From a virus (lineage: Duplodnaviria; Caudoviricetes), in the IMG/VR virus record IMGVR_UViG_3300042486_000250, positions 1 through 60,090 of that record: a DNA stretch of 60,090 bases, one strand, 5' to 3'. The translations under genes were made by a program, and so were the position numbers. A model generated the notes under the pieces. That model was not told where the DNA came from. It saw only the letters and a list, made by a program, of their open reading frames with translations, and ran no database searches. Below are positions 28,096 through 38,084 of the stretch, piece by piece; position 1 is the stretch's first letter; every line of letters starts with the position of its first letter.

Positions 28096-30143
28096 TGTCT
28101 TACGGCGTTGTAACAACGCTTGATGAAGTTAGGGAAGCCGTAGCCGTTATCCAAGCCCACGGAGCCTTTGCATTTGATGTGGAGACCCGTGGGAACTTGG
28201 AACGGCATCCCGACCTCTTAGAGTTTGTTGAATCAGATTGGAAGACACATCTTTCCAAGTTGAAGAGTCCTAGCCCAGAGATTGCTCGTAAGGCTAAGGA
28301 AAACATTGAGGCTAAATACCGCAGTGAACTTGCTCTTGACCCACTTCGTAATGAAGTGTTCTGGATCTCTCTTGCTACCTACGGTCATTCTTGGGCTATC
28401 CCAATGGGTCACCGTGTTGGTATCACTTTGGTACCAGAAGAAGTAGGTGATGGTTCTACAACACCTCCTGAGGGTTACCGAAAGAAGTTAAAGAACGGTG
28501 AGGAATCCATGGCTAAAGCCAAGTATGTGATTCCTGCTGTGATGTCTGAACCACCAGAGCAGTTAGATCGTTCTGAGGTGCTTGAGGTATTGCGACCATT
28601 GTTCTTTAGTGACGCTGTCAAGATTGGACACAATGTCAAGTTTGATGCTCGCTCTATTGGTAAGTACTACGGAGAGATTCCAGCGGGACCTTTCTTTGAC
28701 ACCATCTTAATGCAACACATCCTTGATGAGAACCTCATGAGTTACTCCATGGAGCAGGTAGTGCTCAACAACTTCCGTACACATTCGCATGGTCGTGAAG
28801 GGAAGTTGGGCGCAATCATTGAGCGTGTTCCATTTGATAAAGCGGCACGCTATGTACACCTTGACGCTCGTTGGACATGGTCTCTTTACACACGCATGTG
28901 GAGACTCATTAGTGCTAATGAGGAGTTGGAGAAGGCATTCAAACTGGATGTTGAAGTTGTCCGTGTTCTGATGGAAATGGAAGACAACGGAATCCTGGTG
29001 GATAGTCGTGCACTCAAGCGTTTAGGTAAAGAGTTAGATACCAAGTTGCGTGATGTAATTCTTGCTATCAGTGAGCATTCTTTTGTTGGGTTCAATCCTG
29101 ACTCTAATCCACACAAGCAGGCTCTCTTATTCAACAAGAAGCGTGAAGGTGGTCTGGCGTTAAAGCCTGTGAAGAAGACAGCCAAGGGTGCTCCGTCTGT
29201 TGATGAAGAGTCACTCCAGAAGTTGAAGCATGAACATCCAGTGATCCCACTTCTCTTGGAATACTCTGAAACACAGAAACTTAAATCAACATATGTTGAT
29301 GGTCTTATCCCTAAGTTAAACAACAGTAAGTTGCACCCATCATTTCACCTGCACCGAACAGCAACGGGTCGTCTGTCCTCTAGTAACCCAAACCTTCAAA
29401 ACATTCCACGCTCATCCAGCATCCGCAGTTTGTTCGTTGCACCTGAGGGTCATCAGTTGCTTGTGGCTGACTACGACCAAATTGAATTGCGTGTTATGGC
29501 GATGTTCTCTCAAGATAAGCAGTTGCTACGAATCTTTAGAAACAACGAGGACATTCACGCAGGAGCAGCCGCATTGTTGTTTAAGAAGCCACTTGAAGAA
29601 GTGACTAATGAAGAACGACAGATTGGTAAGGGAGTTAACTTCCTCACTGCATACGGTGGTGGACCACATAAGTTGGCAAACACCACAGGCATCTCTGTAG
29701 ATGATGCTCGTGAAATGATTGACCAGTACTACAAGCAGTTCGCAGGTCTTACCGAATGGAAACACCGTGTGATTGAAACAGGAAGAAGGAAAGGTTTTGT
29801 TTCCACCATTGCTGGTCGCCGTAGGCGATTGCCTGATCTTAATGACAACAATGACTACACAAGGTCACGGGCTGAGAGACAGGCTGTCAATGCTGTTGTC
29901 CAGGGTTCTGCGGCTGATATCTGTAAAGAAGCCATGGTAGACATCGCAAAGGTGTTGAGGAACACTGGAGCAAATTTACTTGTACAAGTTCATGACGAAC
30001 TTGTGGTCTCTGTACCAGACGACATCATTGAAGAATTAACCCCCAAGTTCATGGAAGCCATGGGTCATGGTCGTATCGTTAGTGGTGTACCACTCGTTGT
30101 ATCAGCAGATACGGCGTATAGTTGGGCGGAGGCTAAAGGATGA
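28095..30143 (+). CDS. polA: family A DNA polymerase (3'-5' exonuclease plus polymerase)
   Basis: FDVET, GHNVKFD, TGRLSSSNPNLQNIP, ADYDQIELR, KGVNF..AYG, QVHDEL. Confidence 0.95.
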   Translation: MSYGVVTTLDEVREAVAVIQAHGAFAFDVETRGNLERHPDLLEFVESDWKTHLSKLKSPSPEIARKAKENIEAKYRSELALDPLRNEVFWISLATYGHSWAIPMGHRVGITLVPEEVGDGSTTPPEGYRKKLKNGEESMAKAKYVIPAVMSEPPEQLDRSEVLEVLRPLFFSDAVKIGHNVKFDARSIGKYYGEIPAGPFFDTILMQHILDENLMSYSMEQVVLNNFRTHSHGREGKLGAIIERVPFDKAARYVHLDARWTWSLYTRMWRLISANEELEKAFKLDVEVVRVLMEMEDNGILVDSRALKRLGKELDTKLRDVILAISEHSFVGFNPDSNPHKQALLFNKKREGGLALKPVKKTAKGAPSVDEESLQKLKHEHPVIPLLLEYSETQKLKSTYVDGLIPKLNNSKLHPSFHLHRTATGRLSSSNPNLQNIPRSSSIRSLFVAPEGHQLLVADYDQIELRVMAMFSQDKQLLRIFRNNEDIHAGAAALLFKKPLEEVTNEERQIGKGVNFLTAYGGGPHKLANTTGISVDDAREMIDQYYKQFAGLTEWKHRVIETGRRKGFVSTIAGRRRRLPDLNDNNDYTRSRAERQAVNAVVQGSAADICKEAMVDIAKVLRNTGANLLVQVHDELVVSVPDDIIEELTPKFMEAMGHGRIVSGVPLVVSADTAYSWAEAKG

Positions 30144-30508
30144 GTGCAATTGACAGGAGAATGTATTATCTGATGCTTTCCCCTTCTATGGGTCAAGGTT
30201 TTGCAGAAGATGTTGGTTTCTCCACACCTTCAGAAGAAGTACAAGAAGCGGAGACATACGAGGTAATTTCTCGCTGGGCTTTACTTACTTCTATGGGGTT
30301 GCTTGAAGAAATAATTCAATGTTCTGATTGGTTCTGTGAACTAAAGGACATCCATGAATTGTCTGAAGAAACTAAAGATGAGTTTCATAGAACACTTGTT
30401 TCACACGGCGTTGCTCTTGTGAATAAACTGTTGGACTCAGAAAAAGTTATTTTAATGCTGGAAGACACAGACCTACTTGATCTTGAAGGAGATGATTACG
30501 ATGACTGA
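30140..30508 (+). CDS. hypothetical acidic protein
   Basis: 122 aa, translationally coupled. Confidence 0.55.
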   Translation: MSAIDRRMYYLMLSPSMGQGFAEDVGFSTPSEEVQEAETYEVISRWALLTSMGLLEEIIQCSDWFCELKDIHELSEETKDEFHRTLVSHGVALVNKLLDSEKVILMLEDTDLLDLEGDDYDD

Positions 30509-30905
30509 TTGGTGGTCAAAGAAACTTGCTGGAGAGAACCCAACTCCACAGCGTTCACTTACAACTCCCCCCACTTCTCCTCCTTTGCGTATTCCTACAT
30601 CTACTCCGATGCAGTCTCCACAACAGCAACAACAGAATGTTGTGCAACAAGGTGGTCGTCAAGAGTTACTTGACCCAAGCCGTGGAGCCAATGAGCAGAT
30701 TGATATGAGCACTGCAATTCGTATGTGGCAAGGTGGGGAAGCCACACGAAAAGAAGGTAACATGACCTGCCCAGATTGCGGAAGCATTTATGTTTTCAGC
30801 AGAACGGGGCGTGGTCATAACACCATGATTAACGGTGCAAGCCCAGCACCACGCTGTTACGAGTGTGGTTGGAACGGCATGTACGATCAAGCACTACCGA
30901 GGTAA
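30501..30905 (+). CDS. zinc-ribbon protein
   Basis: CPDCGS...CYECG; GGAG RBS. Confidence 0.6.
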   Translation: MTDWWSKKLAGENPTPQRSLTTPPTSPPLRIPTSTPMQSPQQQQQNVVQQGGRQELLDPSRGANEQIDMSTAIRMWQGGEATRKEGNMTCPDCGSIYVFSRTGRGHNTMINGASPAPRCYECGWNGMYDQALPR

Positions 30906-30909
30906 CAAA

Positions 30910-31929
30910 ATGTCAGAATACGAATCACTTCAATCCATCATCGCATCAGTTAAGAAGAAGTACGGTGATGGAAGTATCGTCCGAGGTTCTGATGTTCGTG
31001 AGATGATCCCACGCATCACCACTGGTGTCTTGTCCTACGACTTAATGCTTGGCGGAGGTTGGCCTGTTAACCAGTGGAGTGAAATCATCGGTGAAGAGTC
31101 ATCAGGTAAGACCGCTATGGCATTCAAGACCATTGCGGCTAACCAAGCACTTGACCCAGAGTTTTGCGCCATGTGGATTGCGGCTGAGGACTTTGTTCCT
31201 GAGTATGCAAAGGCAATTGGCGTAGACCTTGATCGCCTCTGGATTGTAGAGAACAACATCATGGAGCAGGTGTATGACCTTGCTATCCGTGCGCTGGACA
31301 ACCGTGCAGTTGACATGATTGTTATTGACTCTTTGCCTGCGCTTGTTCCAGACGCAGAAGCAGAGAAGATGATGGAAGAGTTCACCGTTGGTCTTGGTGC
31401 TCGCCTTACTGGCAAATTCTTCCGCAAGTCTTCTAAGTCACAGAAGCGTTCATTGATTGAAGACGACCGTGGTTGCACTGGTCTCATTATTAACCAGTGG
31501 CGTGAGAAGATCGGCGTTATGTGGGGAGACAACCGCACCACACCAGGTGGTAAAGCAAAGAACTTTCACTACTTCTGTCGTGTTGAAGTCAAGCGTGATG
31601 AATGGCTCAAGGAGAAAGACGAAACCGTTGGTCAGTCAGTCAAGGGTCGTACCATCAAGAACAAGACACACCGCCCACAGCAGTCAGCCATTGTTGACTT
31701 CTACTTTGCAGACGCAACTAACTTTGAGTTTGGCGACTTTGATGTCATCAAGGACATGGTAAACATCGGCATTGCATCCAACATCATTGAGCGTGCAGGT
31801 GCGTTCTACTCATACGGTGGAGAGCGTTGGCAAGGTAAAGACAAGGCACTTGCTGGTGTCCGTGAAGACCTTGACATGCAAGCAAGTCTTCGCAAGGATG
31901 TCTTTGAGAAGCACGGTATTGAACTGTGA
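30910..31929 (+). CDS. recA: RecA-like recombinase
   Basis: GEESSGKT, IVIDSL, INQWREKIG, TTPGG. Confidence 0.92.
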   Translation: MSEYESLQSIIASVKKKYGDGSIVRGSDVREMIPRITTGVLSYDLMLGGGWPVNQWSEIIGEESSGKTAMAFKTIAANQALDPEFCAMWIAAEDFVPEYAKAIGVDLDRLWIVENNIMEQVYDLAIRALDNRAVDMIVIDSLPALVPDAEAEKMMEEFTVGLGARLTGKFFRKSSKSQKRSLIEDDRGCTGLIINQWREKIGVMWGDNRTTPGGKAKNFHYFCRVEVKRDEWLKEKDETVGQSVKGRTIKNKTHRPQQSAIVDFYFADATNFEFGDFDVIKDMVNIGIASNIIERAGAFYSYGGERWQGKDKALAGVREDLDMQASLRKDVFEKHGIEL

Positions 31930-32249
31930 ACCTTGAAGAGAAGCGTCAGATCATGAAGACTTCTCGTAAGCAGGAGCAGAGAACTGCTGACACTTACAAG
32001 GGAAGCCGTAATGCTGGCTCAGGTTCTTTCTGGCTACGCAAAAATGATGTGCGTTCAGCAGAGTTTTTATTTGAAAACAAGTTCACTACTAACAAGAAGT
32101 CCATCACCTTAAAAGAGGTTGACCTTCGTGAGTTGGTTGAGCGAGCGATTGTGGAAGATCGTATGCCCGTACTTCAGTTTGACCTTGCAGGTCGTAGGTA
32201 TGTGGTTCTTGCTGAAGATGACTTTATTGAAATGACAGGTGCAGAATGA
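31926..32249 (+). CDS. PD-(D/E)XK Holliday junction resolvase-like nuclease
   Basis: KQE...GSGS...KNDV...FENK. Confidence 0.7.
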   Translation: MNLEEKRQIMKTSRKQEQRTADTYKGSRNAGSGSFWLRKNDVRSAEFLFENKFTTNKKSITLKEVDLRELVERAIVEDRMPVLQFDLAGRRYVVLAEDDFIEMTGAE

Positions 32250-33181
32250 CACTCAAGACAGAAGACATGAAGAGGCTCTTAAACAGCCCTCACAGGCTCT
32301 TAGCGCCCGTTGAGCGGCTCTTGTTGGAGCAGAATGCCAAGAACAATGAAGAGCGTGATTCATTGCATTTACATCCCTCTGAGATTTGTAAAAAGGATTG
32401 GTGCCCACGATCCTCTTGGTACAAGATCACTGGATACCCAGGACCATCAGAGTCTTTTTCTTTACAGCGTTTAAACATTTTTGCTGAAGGTCACCTTATC
32501 CATGAGAAGTGGCAGAAGTGGTTAAAGCAGGCTGGTGTTCTGCTAGAGGCAGAGGTACCCATCAAGGATGTAGAGCACCACATCATTGGTCATGCTGATG
32601 GAATCATTAGTGATAAGCACGGGAAGGCTGTCTTAGAAATTAAGAGTCTCGGTGTTGGTACTGTGCGTATGGAAGACTACGCATTGTTTGCACCCTACGC
32701 TCGTGGAGACATAAACATTGATGCTCTTTGGGCGAGTATTAAAAAACCTTTTCCATCACATGTTCGTCAAACACAGTTGTACATGCATTGTCTTGGTATT
32801 CATGAGGCATTAATTCTTTACGAATGGAAAGCAAACCAAGATGTCAAGGAGTTTACAATTCATTATCAGCCTGATATTGTTGACTCCATCCTAGCCTCAT
32901 GCCATACCGTGGTTCGTGCGTTAGAAGATAATGAACCACCAGTACGACCATCATGGTTAGATCAAACCCATCGGGTATGCAAGAGTTGCCCATACAAAAA
33001 GCAGTGTTATAACAATGAGGACAGTAGTGACAACAGACAAAGTACGGACAGTAATCAGGGCAGGGGATGGGGACCTTCTCCCAAATCCTCTGAGCACATT
33101 TCTTCGGAAGTTTCCGCTCCCCGATCGCCCGAACGACACGATTCCGACTCTTCCAGAGAACCTAGACGAATTAACCGATAG
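32246..33181 (+). CDS. Cas4/RecB-like exonuclease
   Basis: HPSEIC..WCPR, GH.IH, GHADG, LEIKS, Q..LY, C-terminal CKSCPY...C. Confidence 0.8.
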   Translation: MTLKTEDMKRLLNSPHRLLAPVERLLLEQNAKNNEERDSLHLHPSEICKKDWCPRSSWYKITGYPGPSESFSLQRLNIFAEGHLIHEKWQKWLKQAGVLLEAEVPIKDVEHHIIGHADGIISDKHGKAVLEIKSLGVGTVRMEDYALFAPYARGDINIDALWASIKKPFPSHVRQTQLYMHCLGIHEALILYEWKANQDVKEFTIHYQPDIVDSILASCHTVVRALEDNEPPVRPSWLDQTHRVCKSCPYKKQCYNNEDSSDNRQSTDSNQGRGWGPSPKSSEHISSEVSAPRSPERHDSDSSREPRRINR

Positions 33182-33548
33182 CAACCTCATGAACTTGTAC
33201 ACCGAGTTCATGGCGTGGGTGTCTTACACCAAATCAGAGTTAGTCCAGACAGAGATTGAAGAAGACCGAAAGGCTCACATCCTTAAAGTTACTGAGGCAA
33301 GAGCAATCATTGACCAGACGGTTGAGAAGGTAAAGGGTGACACTGTTACTCTTGCTAAGGCTCGCCGTGACATTGACGAGTTTGTGTTAGAAGCACAGGA
33401 CGCTTACCTGGGTGCACGAGCACTTCGTAAGTTGACAGAGGCTGTGTTTGATCGCTGTGAGCGTGGAGCACAAGTACTTAGTCGTGAACTAAGTCGCCGT
33501 ATCGGTCTAGCCCCTAAAGAATATAAACAAGCAAGGTACTCAGCATGA
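33015..33548 (+). CDS. helical hypothetical protein (possible recombination mediator)
   Basis: 177 aa coiled coil ending ELSRR; in the recA/nuclease cluster. Confidence 0.45.
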   Translation: MRTVVTTDKVRTVIRAGDGDLLPNPLSTFLRKFPLPDRPNDTIPTLPENLDELTDSNLMNLYTEFMAWVSYTKSELVQTEIEEDRKAHILKVTEARAIIDQTVEKVKGDTVTLAKARRDIDEFVLEAQDAYLGARALRKLTEAVFDRCERGAQVLSRELSRRIGLAPKEYKQARYSA

Positions 33549-33805
33549 GCAATCCAAGATTTAAATACGCAGGTGGCACACATGTTGCCCTTCGGTACAT
33601 CCAAATGAAGAGAGGAACGGTTGCTACCGTCTCTGATGTTCTAAAGATGTTTCCAAATAAGTTTGACAAGCCATCTCGTGCTAAAGAAGCATTAGAGATC
33701 TTGGCTAAGAACCGTTTGATATCTCCTAAGGATAGTGGTTGGGTCATCAATGACCGTGGTTCCGATTACCTGCGAGTCACAGCATCTGCCTACAAGGGTG
33801 GATGA
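33545..33805 (+). CDS. small winged-helix-like protein
   Basis: ALEILAKNRLI...WVINDRG wing pattern. Confidence 0.45.
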   Translation: MSNPRFKYAGGTHVALRYIQMKRGTVATVSDVLKMFPNKFDKPSRAKEALEILAKNRLISPKDSGWVINDRGSDYLRVTASAYKGG

Positions 33806-33932
33806 TGTCTGAAGAAAAGAATCTAGAGACGGCACAAGAAGTAATTAAACAACTTCATGAGATTTGTCAAAAGTTACATGAAGAGAATGAACGCTTAAAA
33901 GAAAAGATTCGTACTTTTTACGGTCATTAGTA

Positions 33933-33962
33933 GTTGCCAAAGACAGATGTTGGGGATAAGTT
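33933..33962 (+). promoter_or_regulatory. sigma70-type promoter TTGCCA-17-TAAGTT
   Basis: Intergenic; shares GTTGCCAAAG...GGATA with 47310-47340. Confidence 0.6.
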
Positions 33963-33986
33963 ATCTCTCCCAACACAAGGAGCAAT

Positions 33987-34187
33987 ATGTCCACATTTTT
34001 ATTCTTAATTGCCATTGGTTGTAGTTACTACATGGGGTACCTTAAGAATCGTGGTGAATACCGAGAACTTCGTAATGATTTTCGTACTTTGGTGTATGAG
34101 GACGAACAAGTTATTTCTGATTACCGCAAACATATTCGTCACCTTGAATCAGAGATAGCACGATTGGAGCGTTTGGCTAATGGGTGA
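33987..34187 (+). CDS. small membrane-anchored coiled-coil protein
   Basis: AAGGAG RBS; N-terminal TM segment. Confidence 0.55.
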   Translation: MSTFLFLIAIGCSYYMGYLKNRGEYRELRNDFRTLVYEDEQVISDYRKHIRHLESEIARLERLANG

Positions 34188-34409
34188 TTTCCTTATTCAG
34201 ATCATAATGTTGAGTGCCGTATTTTCATGCGGACTTTTAATGGGACAGAAAGTTAAATAAATGAGCAACGAACCAAAAAACACAGAAGAACCAGAAACTA
34301 CTTTTGCAGAACAAGTAAGAGAGTCCGTAGATTTCATCGTTGATATGATGAACTCAGGTAGACCAAATCCTAAAGATGTTTATCCTCCAGGTAGATACCA
34401 AGGGGATTA

Positions 34410-34598
34410 ATGGCAATCGGAAGTGAAGCCGAGATTGGCGCAGTCTTTGCCGTTTGGAAAGACATGTCAGACAGTGACCGACAAGCCTGGTGGCAGTACA
34501 TGTATGACAACTGGAACCCACTTATGAAGGGGTACGCCACGCTGGTGCATCACAAGGACAACAAGTTTTACAAGGGAGAAAGAGCAACCAATGTTTAA
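34410..34598 (+). CDS. hypothetical protein
   Basis: 62 aa, coupled to neighbours. Confidence 0.5.
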   Translation: MAIGSEAEIGAVFAVWKDMSDSDRQAWWQYMYDNWNPLMKGYATLVHHKDNKFYKGERATNV

Positions 34599-34806
34599 AG
34601 CAAAGAAATACTGGAAGAAAAAGTACGAGCAAAGTTTTGATCGTGAGTTCAATGCATTGCTTGAGCGAGAGTTGGCGATGACCCTCCTTCGCAGGCTGAT
34701 TCAGGCTCTAGAGATTGACGGCTTTGGGCATGTCAAGGACATCCACGCTGGTGATGCCACACAGATCTATCATGAGTATCTAGACGGCTTCATTACAAAG
34801 AACTAA
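34591..34806 (+). CDS. hypothetical protein
   Basis: 71 aa, coupled. Confidence 0.5.
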   Translation: MFKAKKYWKKKYEQSFDREFNALLERELAMTLLRRLIQALEIDGFGHVKDIHAGDATQIYHEYLDGFITKN

Positions 34807-35171
34807 TGAGTAATAAAGCCAAAGCCAAAGGAACCTCATACGAGACACTTATTAAAAACTATTTAATAAGTAAGGGATTCACAAAAGCACGCCGAGCCGC
34901 CTTAGAGGGTGGTCAGGACAAGGGTGACATCCACGGGATTGAGCACCAGTCCACAGGTCGTCAAGTAGCGATCCAGTGTAAGAATCAGAAAGCCTTCCAA
35001 CTCAGCCAGTGGTTGAACGACACAGTGGAGCAAGCAGAGCGTCTAGATAATGCAGTCCCTGCTTTAGTAGTCAAGCGCCCAGGAAAAGGCGAGAAGGCTG
35101 TTGGAGAGTCATATGTGGTGATGAGGTTAGATGACTTCGTTGACCTACTAGGTACCGCTAACTTCCAGTAA
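34806..35171 (+). CDS. Hjc-like Holliday junction resolvase
   Basis: KAKGTSYE, DKGDI, IQCKN, YVVMRLDDF. Confidence 0.8.
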   Translation: MSNKAKAKGTSYETLIKNYLISKGFTKARRAALEGGQDKGDIHGIEHQSTGRQVAIQCKNQKAFQLSQWLNDTVEQAERLDNAVPALVVKRPGKGEKAVGESYVVMRLDDFVDLLGTANFQ

Positions 35172-35206
35172 AATAAGGGAACAAACTTTACACTAGGAGT
35201 TCCCAT

Positions 35207-35497
35207 ATGTCACAAGAATTGACTACCTCTATTGATGATGTCCTTAAGGTCTCAGGTTCAAGCAACCCGCAGTCCGTAGGATCAATTATGGCTCGTGCCA
35301 TTAACGCAGGGCAGTTGCCTAAGATGCGTGCCATTGGTGCGTCTGCCGTTAATCAGGCTGTAAAAGCCGCCGCTATTGCCCGTGGGTTTGTCGCACCCCG
35401 TGGTATTGACCTTTCTTTTGTTATCGGGTTTGATGACATTGTGGGTGAAAACGGCGAAACCATTTCTGCGATATCATTAAAACCACAGATTAAGTAA
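35207..35497 (+). CDS. spoVS: SpoVS-family (Alba-like) protein
   Basis: VLKVS..SNP.SV...AIGASAVNQAVKA.AIARGFVAP.GIDL...F is the SpoVS signature. Confidence 0.88.
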   Translation: MSQELTTSIDDVLKVSGSSNPQSVGSIMARAINAGQLPKMRAIGASAVNQAVKAAAIARGFVAPRGIDLSFVIGFDDIVGENGETISAISLKPQIK

Positions 35498-35506
35498 AGG
35501 ATCGTT

Positions 35507-35821
35507 ATGCCTGCATTTTTAGCCGCATTGGGAGGAAGTGCCGCTGCTGCTGGCGGAGGAGCCGCCGCCGCAGGTGGTGCTACAGCCGCTGGCGGAGCCG
35601 CCGCCGCTGGAGGAAGTGCCGCCGCTGGCGGAGGAGCCGCCGCCGCTGGTGGTAGAGCAGCCCTTGGCAATTCACTTAAATCTGCTGGAAAACAGTACGC
35701 TATCAATAAAATTACAACCCGCTCTGCCGATAGTAATGGTCACAGCCTTAGTAGTGGTCAATTTCCTCCTCCTGCCCCAGATCCAATTTCTGGCATCAAT
35801 ACTGAAGGGTCACGCTGGTAA
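35507..35821 (+). CDS. Ala/Gly-repeat protein
   Basis: Six to seven imperfect AAA(A)GG units (nt 35531-35653). Confidence 0.55.
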   Translation: MPAFLAALGGSAAAAGGGAAAAGGATAAGGAAAAGGSAAAGGGAAAAGGRAALGNSLKSAGKQYAINKITTRSADSNGHSLSSGQFPPPAPDPISGINTEGSRW

Positions 35822-35823
35822 CG

Positions 35824-36186
35824 ATGTCTACTGATCCATACGAAGAGCGTGATGGACGCCGAGTAATTAATCTTTCTAGTTCTGCTCCTGCATCCCCAGA
35901 ATTAACCAAGCGCCAAGCCAAGCGCCAAGAGCGTGCATGGGGAAACCTTCGTAGCCCAGGTACAGCCATCCGTGGTCGTATGGCAGGCGCTGACTACTCC
36001 ACCGCCAAGCATGCTGAACAGATCATGTCAGGTGCCTTTGGGAAGCGTGGTAGGAAGTTTGAAACCGCAATGGGTGGTTTCATCCAACAACACGGTATGC
36101 ACCCCTCTACGGCTGTCTCACGCTTTATGCAATACGGTCATCTGGGGACACAGTCAGACCTTGAACTCCGAGGAGGAGAAGAATAA
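35824..36186 (+). CDS. small hypothetical protein
   Basis: 120 aa, coupled. Confidence 0.55.
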   Translation: MSTDPYEERDGRRVINLSSSAPASPELTKRQAKRQERAWGNLRSPGTAIRGRMAGADYSTAKHAEQIMSGAFGKRGRKFETAMGGFIQQHGMHPSTAVSRFMQYGHLGTQSDLELRGGEE

Positions 36187-36557
36187 TGCCAATTTTTAGA
36201 GGAATGCGCCAAAACCGTAGTAACACTTCAAGTAATACTCCCAGAGCACCTCACCCATTTGATGCCTACGCATCTAAGGGTACTCTTCAGCCACCACGAC
36301 CAAACCCAGCCGCTAAGTTTGCTCCAAAGCCAAACAACCCACAAACAGTGAAGCGTGGTAATGAATTGGGTCAGGGTTACGAATCGGCTAAAGCAACACA
36401 TGACACTTACATGGAGCGTGCAAACAATGCTCAAAACCCACAGGACCGTGCCCGTCATCTAAAGCAAGCAGATGAAATGAAGCGTGTCATGGGTGGTATT
36501 GACTCAGACATCAAAGCAAATGCTCCAAAGGGCGATATCTGGAGACAGCAGTACTAA
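36186..36557 (+). CDS. small Pro-rich basic protein
   Basis: 123 aa, GGAGGAG RBS. Confidence 0.55.
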   Translation: MPIFRGMRQNRSNTSSNTPRAPHPFDAYASKGTLQPPRPNPAAKFAPKPNNPQTVKRGNELGQGYESAKATHDTYMERANNAQNPQDRARHLKQADEMKRVMGGIDSDIKANAPKGDIWRQQY

Positions 36558-36559
36558 CC

Positions 36560-36838
36560 ATGCCAAGGTTTCAAGGTCAGCCTGTATTCCGTAACCAAGG
36601 ATCACCTAAAAATGCTCCTTTGTCAGAGTGGGAAAAAACTGCACAGCGTGGTATTTCCCAGGGTGGTCGCCTTTATAAAAACAAATCTACTGGTGACATG
36701 CACCTTGTAAGCCCATCGGGTTCACACTGGGGATCTTTTACAGCCAACCCAGAGTCGTACAAAGGCGGAAACCTCAGTAAGTATGAGCCTGAGGAAAATA
36801 CAGAAGATATCACAGGCAATTATAAGAATGGCTACTAA
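36560..36838 (+). CDS. small hypothetical protein
   Basis: 92 aa; YKGGNLSK motif. Confidence 0.55.
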   Translation: MPRFQGQPVFRNQGSPKNAPLSEWEKTAQRGISQGGRLYKNKSTGDMHLVSPSGSHWGSFTANPESYKGGNLSKYEPEENTEDITGNYKNGY

Positions 36839-36977
36839 GAACCCTCGGTCTCGGTCTCGTACACAGCAACGCTATGCACGAAAGAAAGCCGTTGCTCAAG
36901 CCGCTCGCCCTGTCCAGCCAACAGGTAATGGTCAGGGTGGATTCTTAGGTGGTTTTAGTGCTGGAGGTATAATGTGA
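36828..36977 (+). CDS. small Arg-rich protein
   Basis: MATKNPRSRSR...; coupled to next gene. Confidence 0.45.
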   Translation: MATKNPRSRSRTQQRYARKKAVAQAARPVQPTGNGQGGFLGGFSAGGIM

Positions 36978-37471
36978 GCCAGCAAACACCTTCATTTAAT
37001 AACTGGGGTAACGCAGACGCCACATACGGCAACGCATCACAGCCCACAGTTGGTCCATCACCTATCTTTCGTTCTGCTAAAGATGCACTATTGTCGGGAT
37101 ACCGCACAGCAGTAGATACCCAGTACCCAGATGGTTACTTGGGAACCATGGACGCCAACAGGCGTCAAGACAAGGTTCTTGGCACTCTGAGCCGTATGAA
37201 CGCACGACAGTACAGTCGTGGCGTTCACAAGGGTGAGAGAATCAATACAGGCGATTACTTTTGGCCTGAAGAGTTTGGTAAGTACACCGCCATTGAAATG
37301 CAGGCAAAAGGATTAAAGTTTGCGCCAGTAGGTGCAGAGCCTGTACGCCTCACCAATGACGGCAAGGTAGGTCCTCGTGGCATCCCAAGCATGCAAGGTA
37401 AAGACCAGCCAGCACAAATGAGCCCACAACAACTAAGTCGCTTAAGGGAACTGGCTCCACGCTGGCGCTAA
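36974..37471 (+). CDS. hypothetical protein
   Basis: 165 aa; YPDGYLGT, RGVHKGERI motifs; GGAGG RBS. Confidence 0.6.
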   Translation: MSQQTPSFNNWGNADATYGNASQPTVGPSPIFRSAKDALLSGYRTAVDTQYPDGYLGTMDANRRQDKVLGTLSRMNARQYSRGVHKGERINTGDYFWPEEFGKYTAIEMQAKGLKFAPVGAEPVRLTNDGKVGPRGIPSMQGKDQPAQMSPQQLSRLRELAPRWR

Positions 37472-37489
37472 ATAAAGTAAAATATTTGT

Positions 37490-37774
37490 ATGGCAAACCG
37501 TTTTAACGATCAATACAGACCACCACATAGCGGTCAAGATGTTTTTGGGCAGAGACCACCTTCAGGTTATACCCCACCAGGCTCTCGTAGTTGGGGAGGC
37601 AGTGATCCATTCCCTGGTTCATACCCTCGTCCTTATAAGGGTGGAAACATCAGTAAGTCTACTGAGAACCCTTATAAGGACGAGGGTGGTTCATCTGTAT
37701 CTCGTAAGCCAAAAACACCTTCCAAGTCACCTTCTGGTGGCGTAGCACTCCCAATCCCTCAGAAAGTAAAGTGA
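37490..37774 (+). CDS. small Pro/Gly/Ser-rich protein, probably leaderless
   Basis: TAAAAT 6 nt before ATG; YKGGNISK motif. Confidence 0.55.
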   Translation: MANRFNDQYRPPHSGQDVFGQRPPSGYTPPGSRSWGGSDPFPGSYPRPYKGGNISKSTENPYKDEGGSSVSRKPKTPSKSPSGGVALPIPQKVK

Positions 37775-37781
37775 GTTTCTA

Positions 37782-38084
37782 ATGGCACATAATCACCGCA
37801 TGCAGGGGATCGCAGATCCTTACATCAACCAGCGCAATGAGATGCTTGCTCGTGAGCAGGAAACACGCTCCCGTATGCAGATGCCTCATGCAAGCGAGGG
37901 ATACGCAAGTCTTGAAGGTCGCAGTCAAATGCAAGACCCTTATGATGACGAGAACGAAGGCTACAACACAACTGACGAAGACCTCATGCCAGGTTCTGGT
38001 GCACCCATTAACCCAGCAGTCCGTGCTTACCAAGAATCAGGTCATGGCGTCCAAGTGATCAACCCAATGGATGATAAGTACTAA
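37782..38084 (+). CDS. hypothetical protein, paralogous N-terminus with next gene
   Basis: MAHNHRMQGIADPYINQRNE. Confidence 0.6.
   Translation: MAHNHRMQGIADPYINQRNEMLAREQETRSRMQMPHASEGYASLEGRSQMQDPYDDENEGYNTTDEDLMPGSGAPINPAVRAYQESGHGVQVINPMDDKY

Noticed and set aside
22816-31929. Inteins or introns in DnaB, PolA or RecA
   Set aside because: Lengths are normal, frames are continuous, and no splice-junction or LAGLIDADG motifs were seen.
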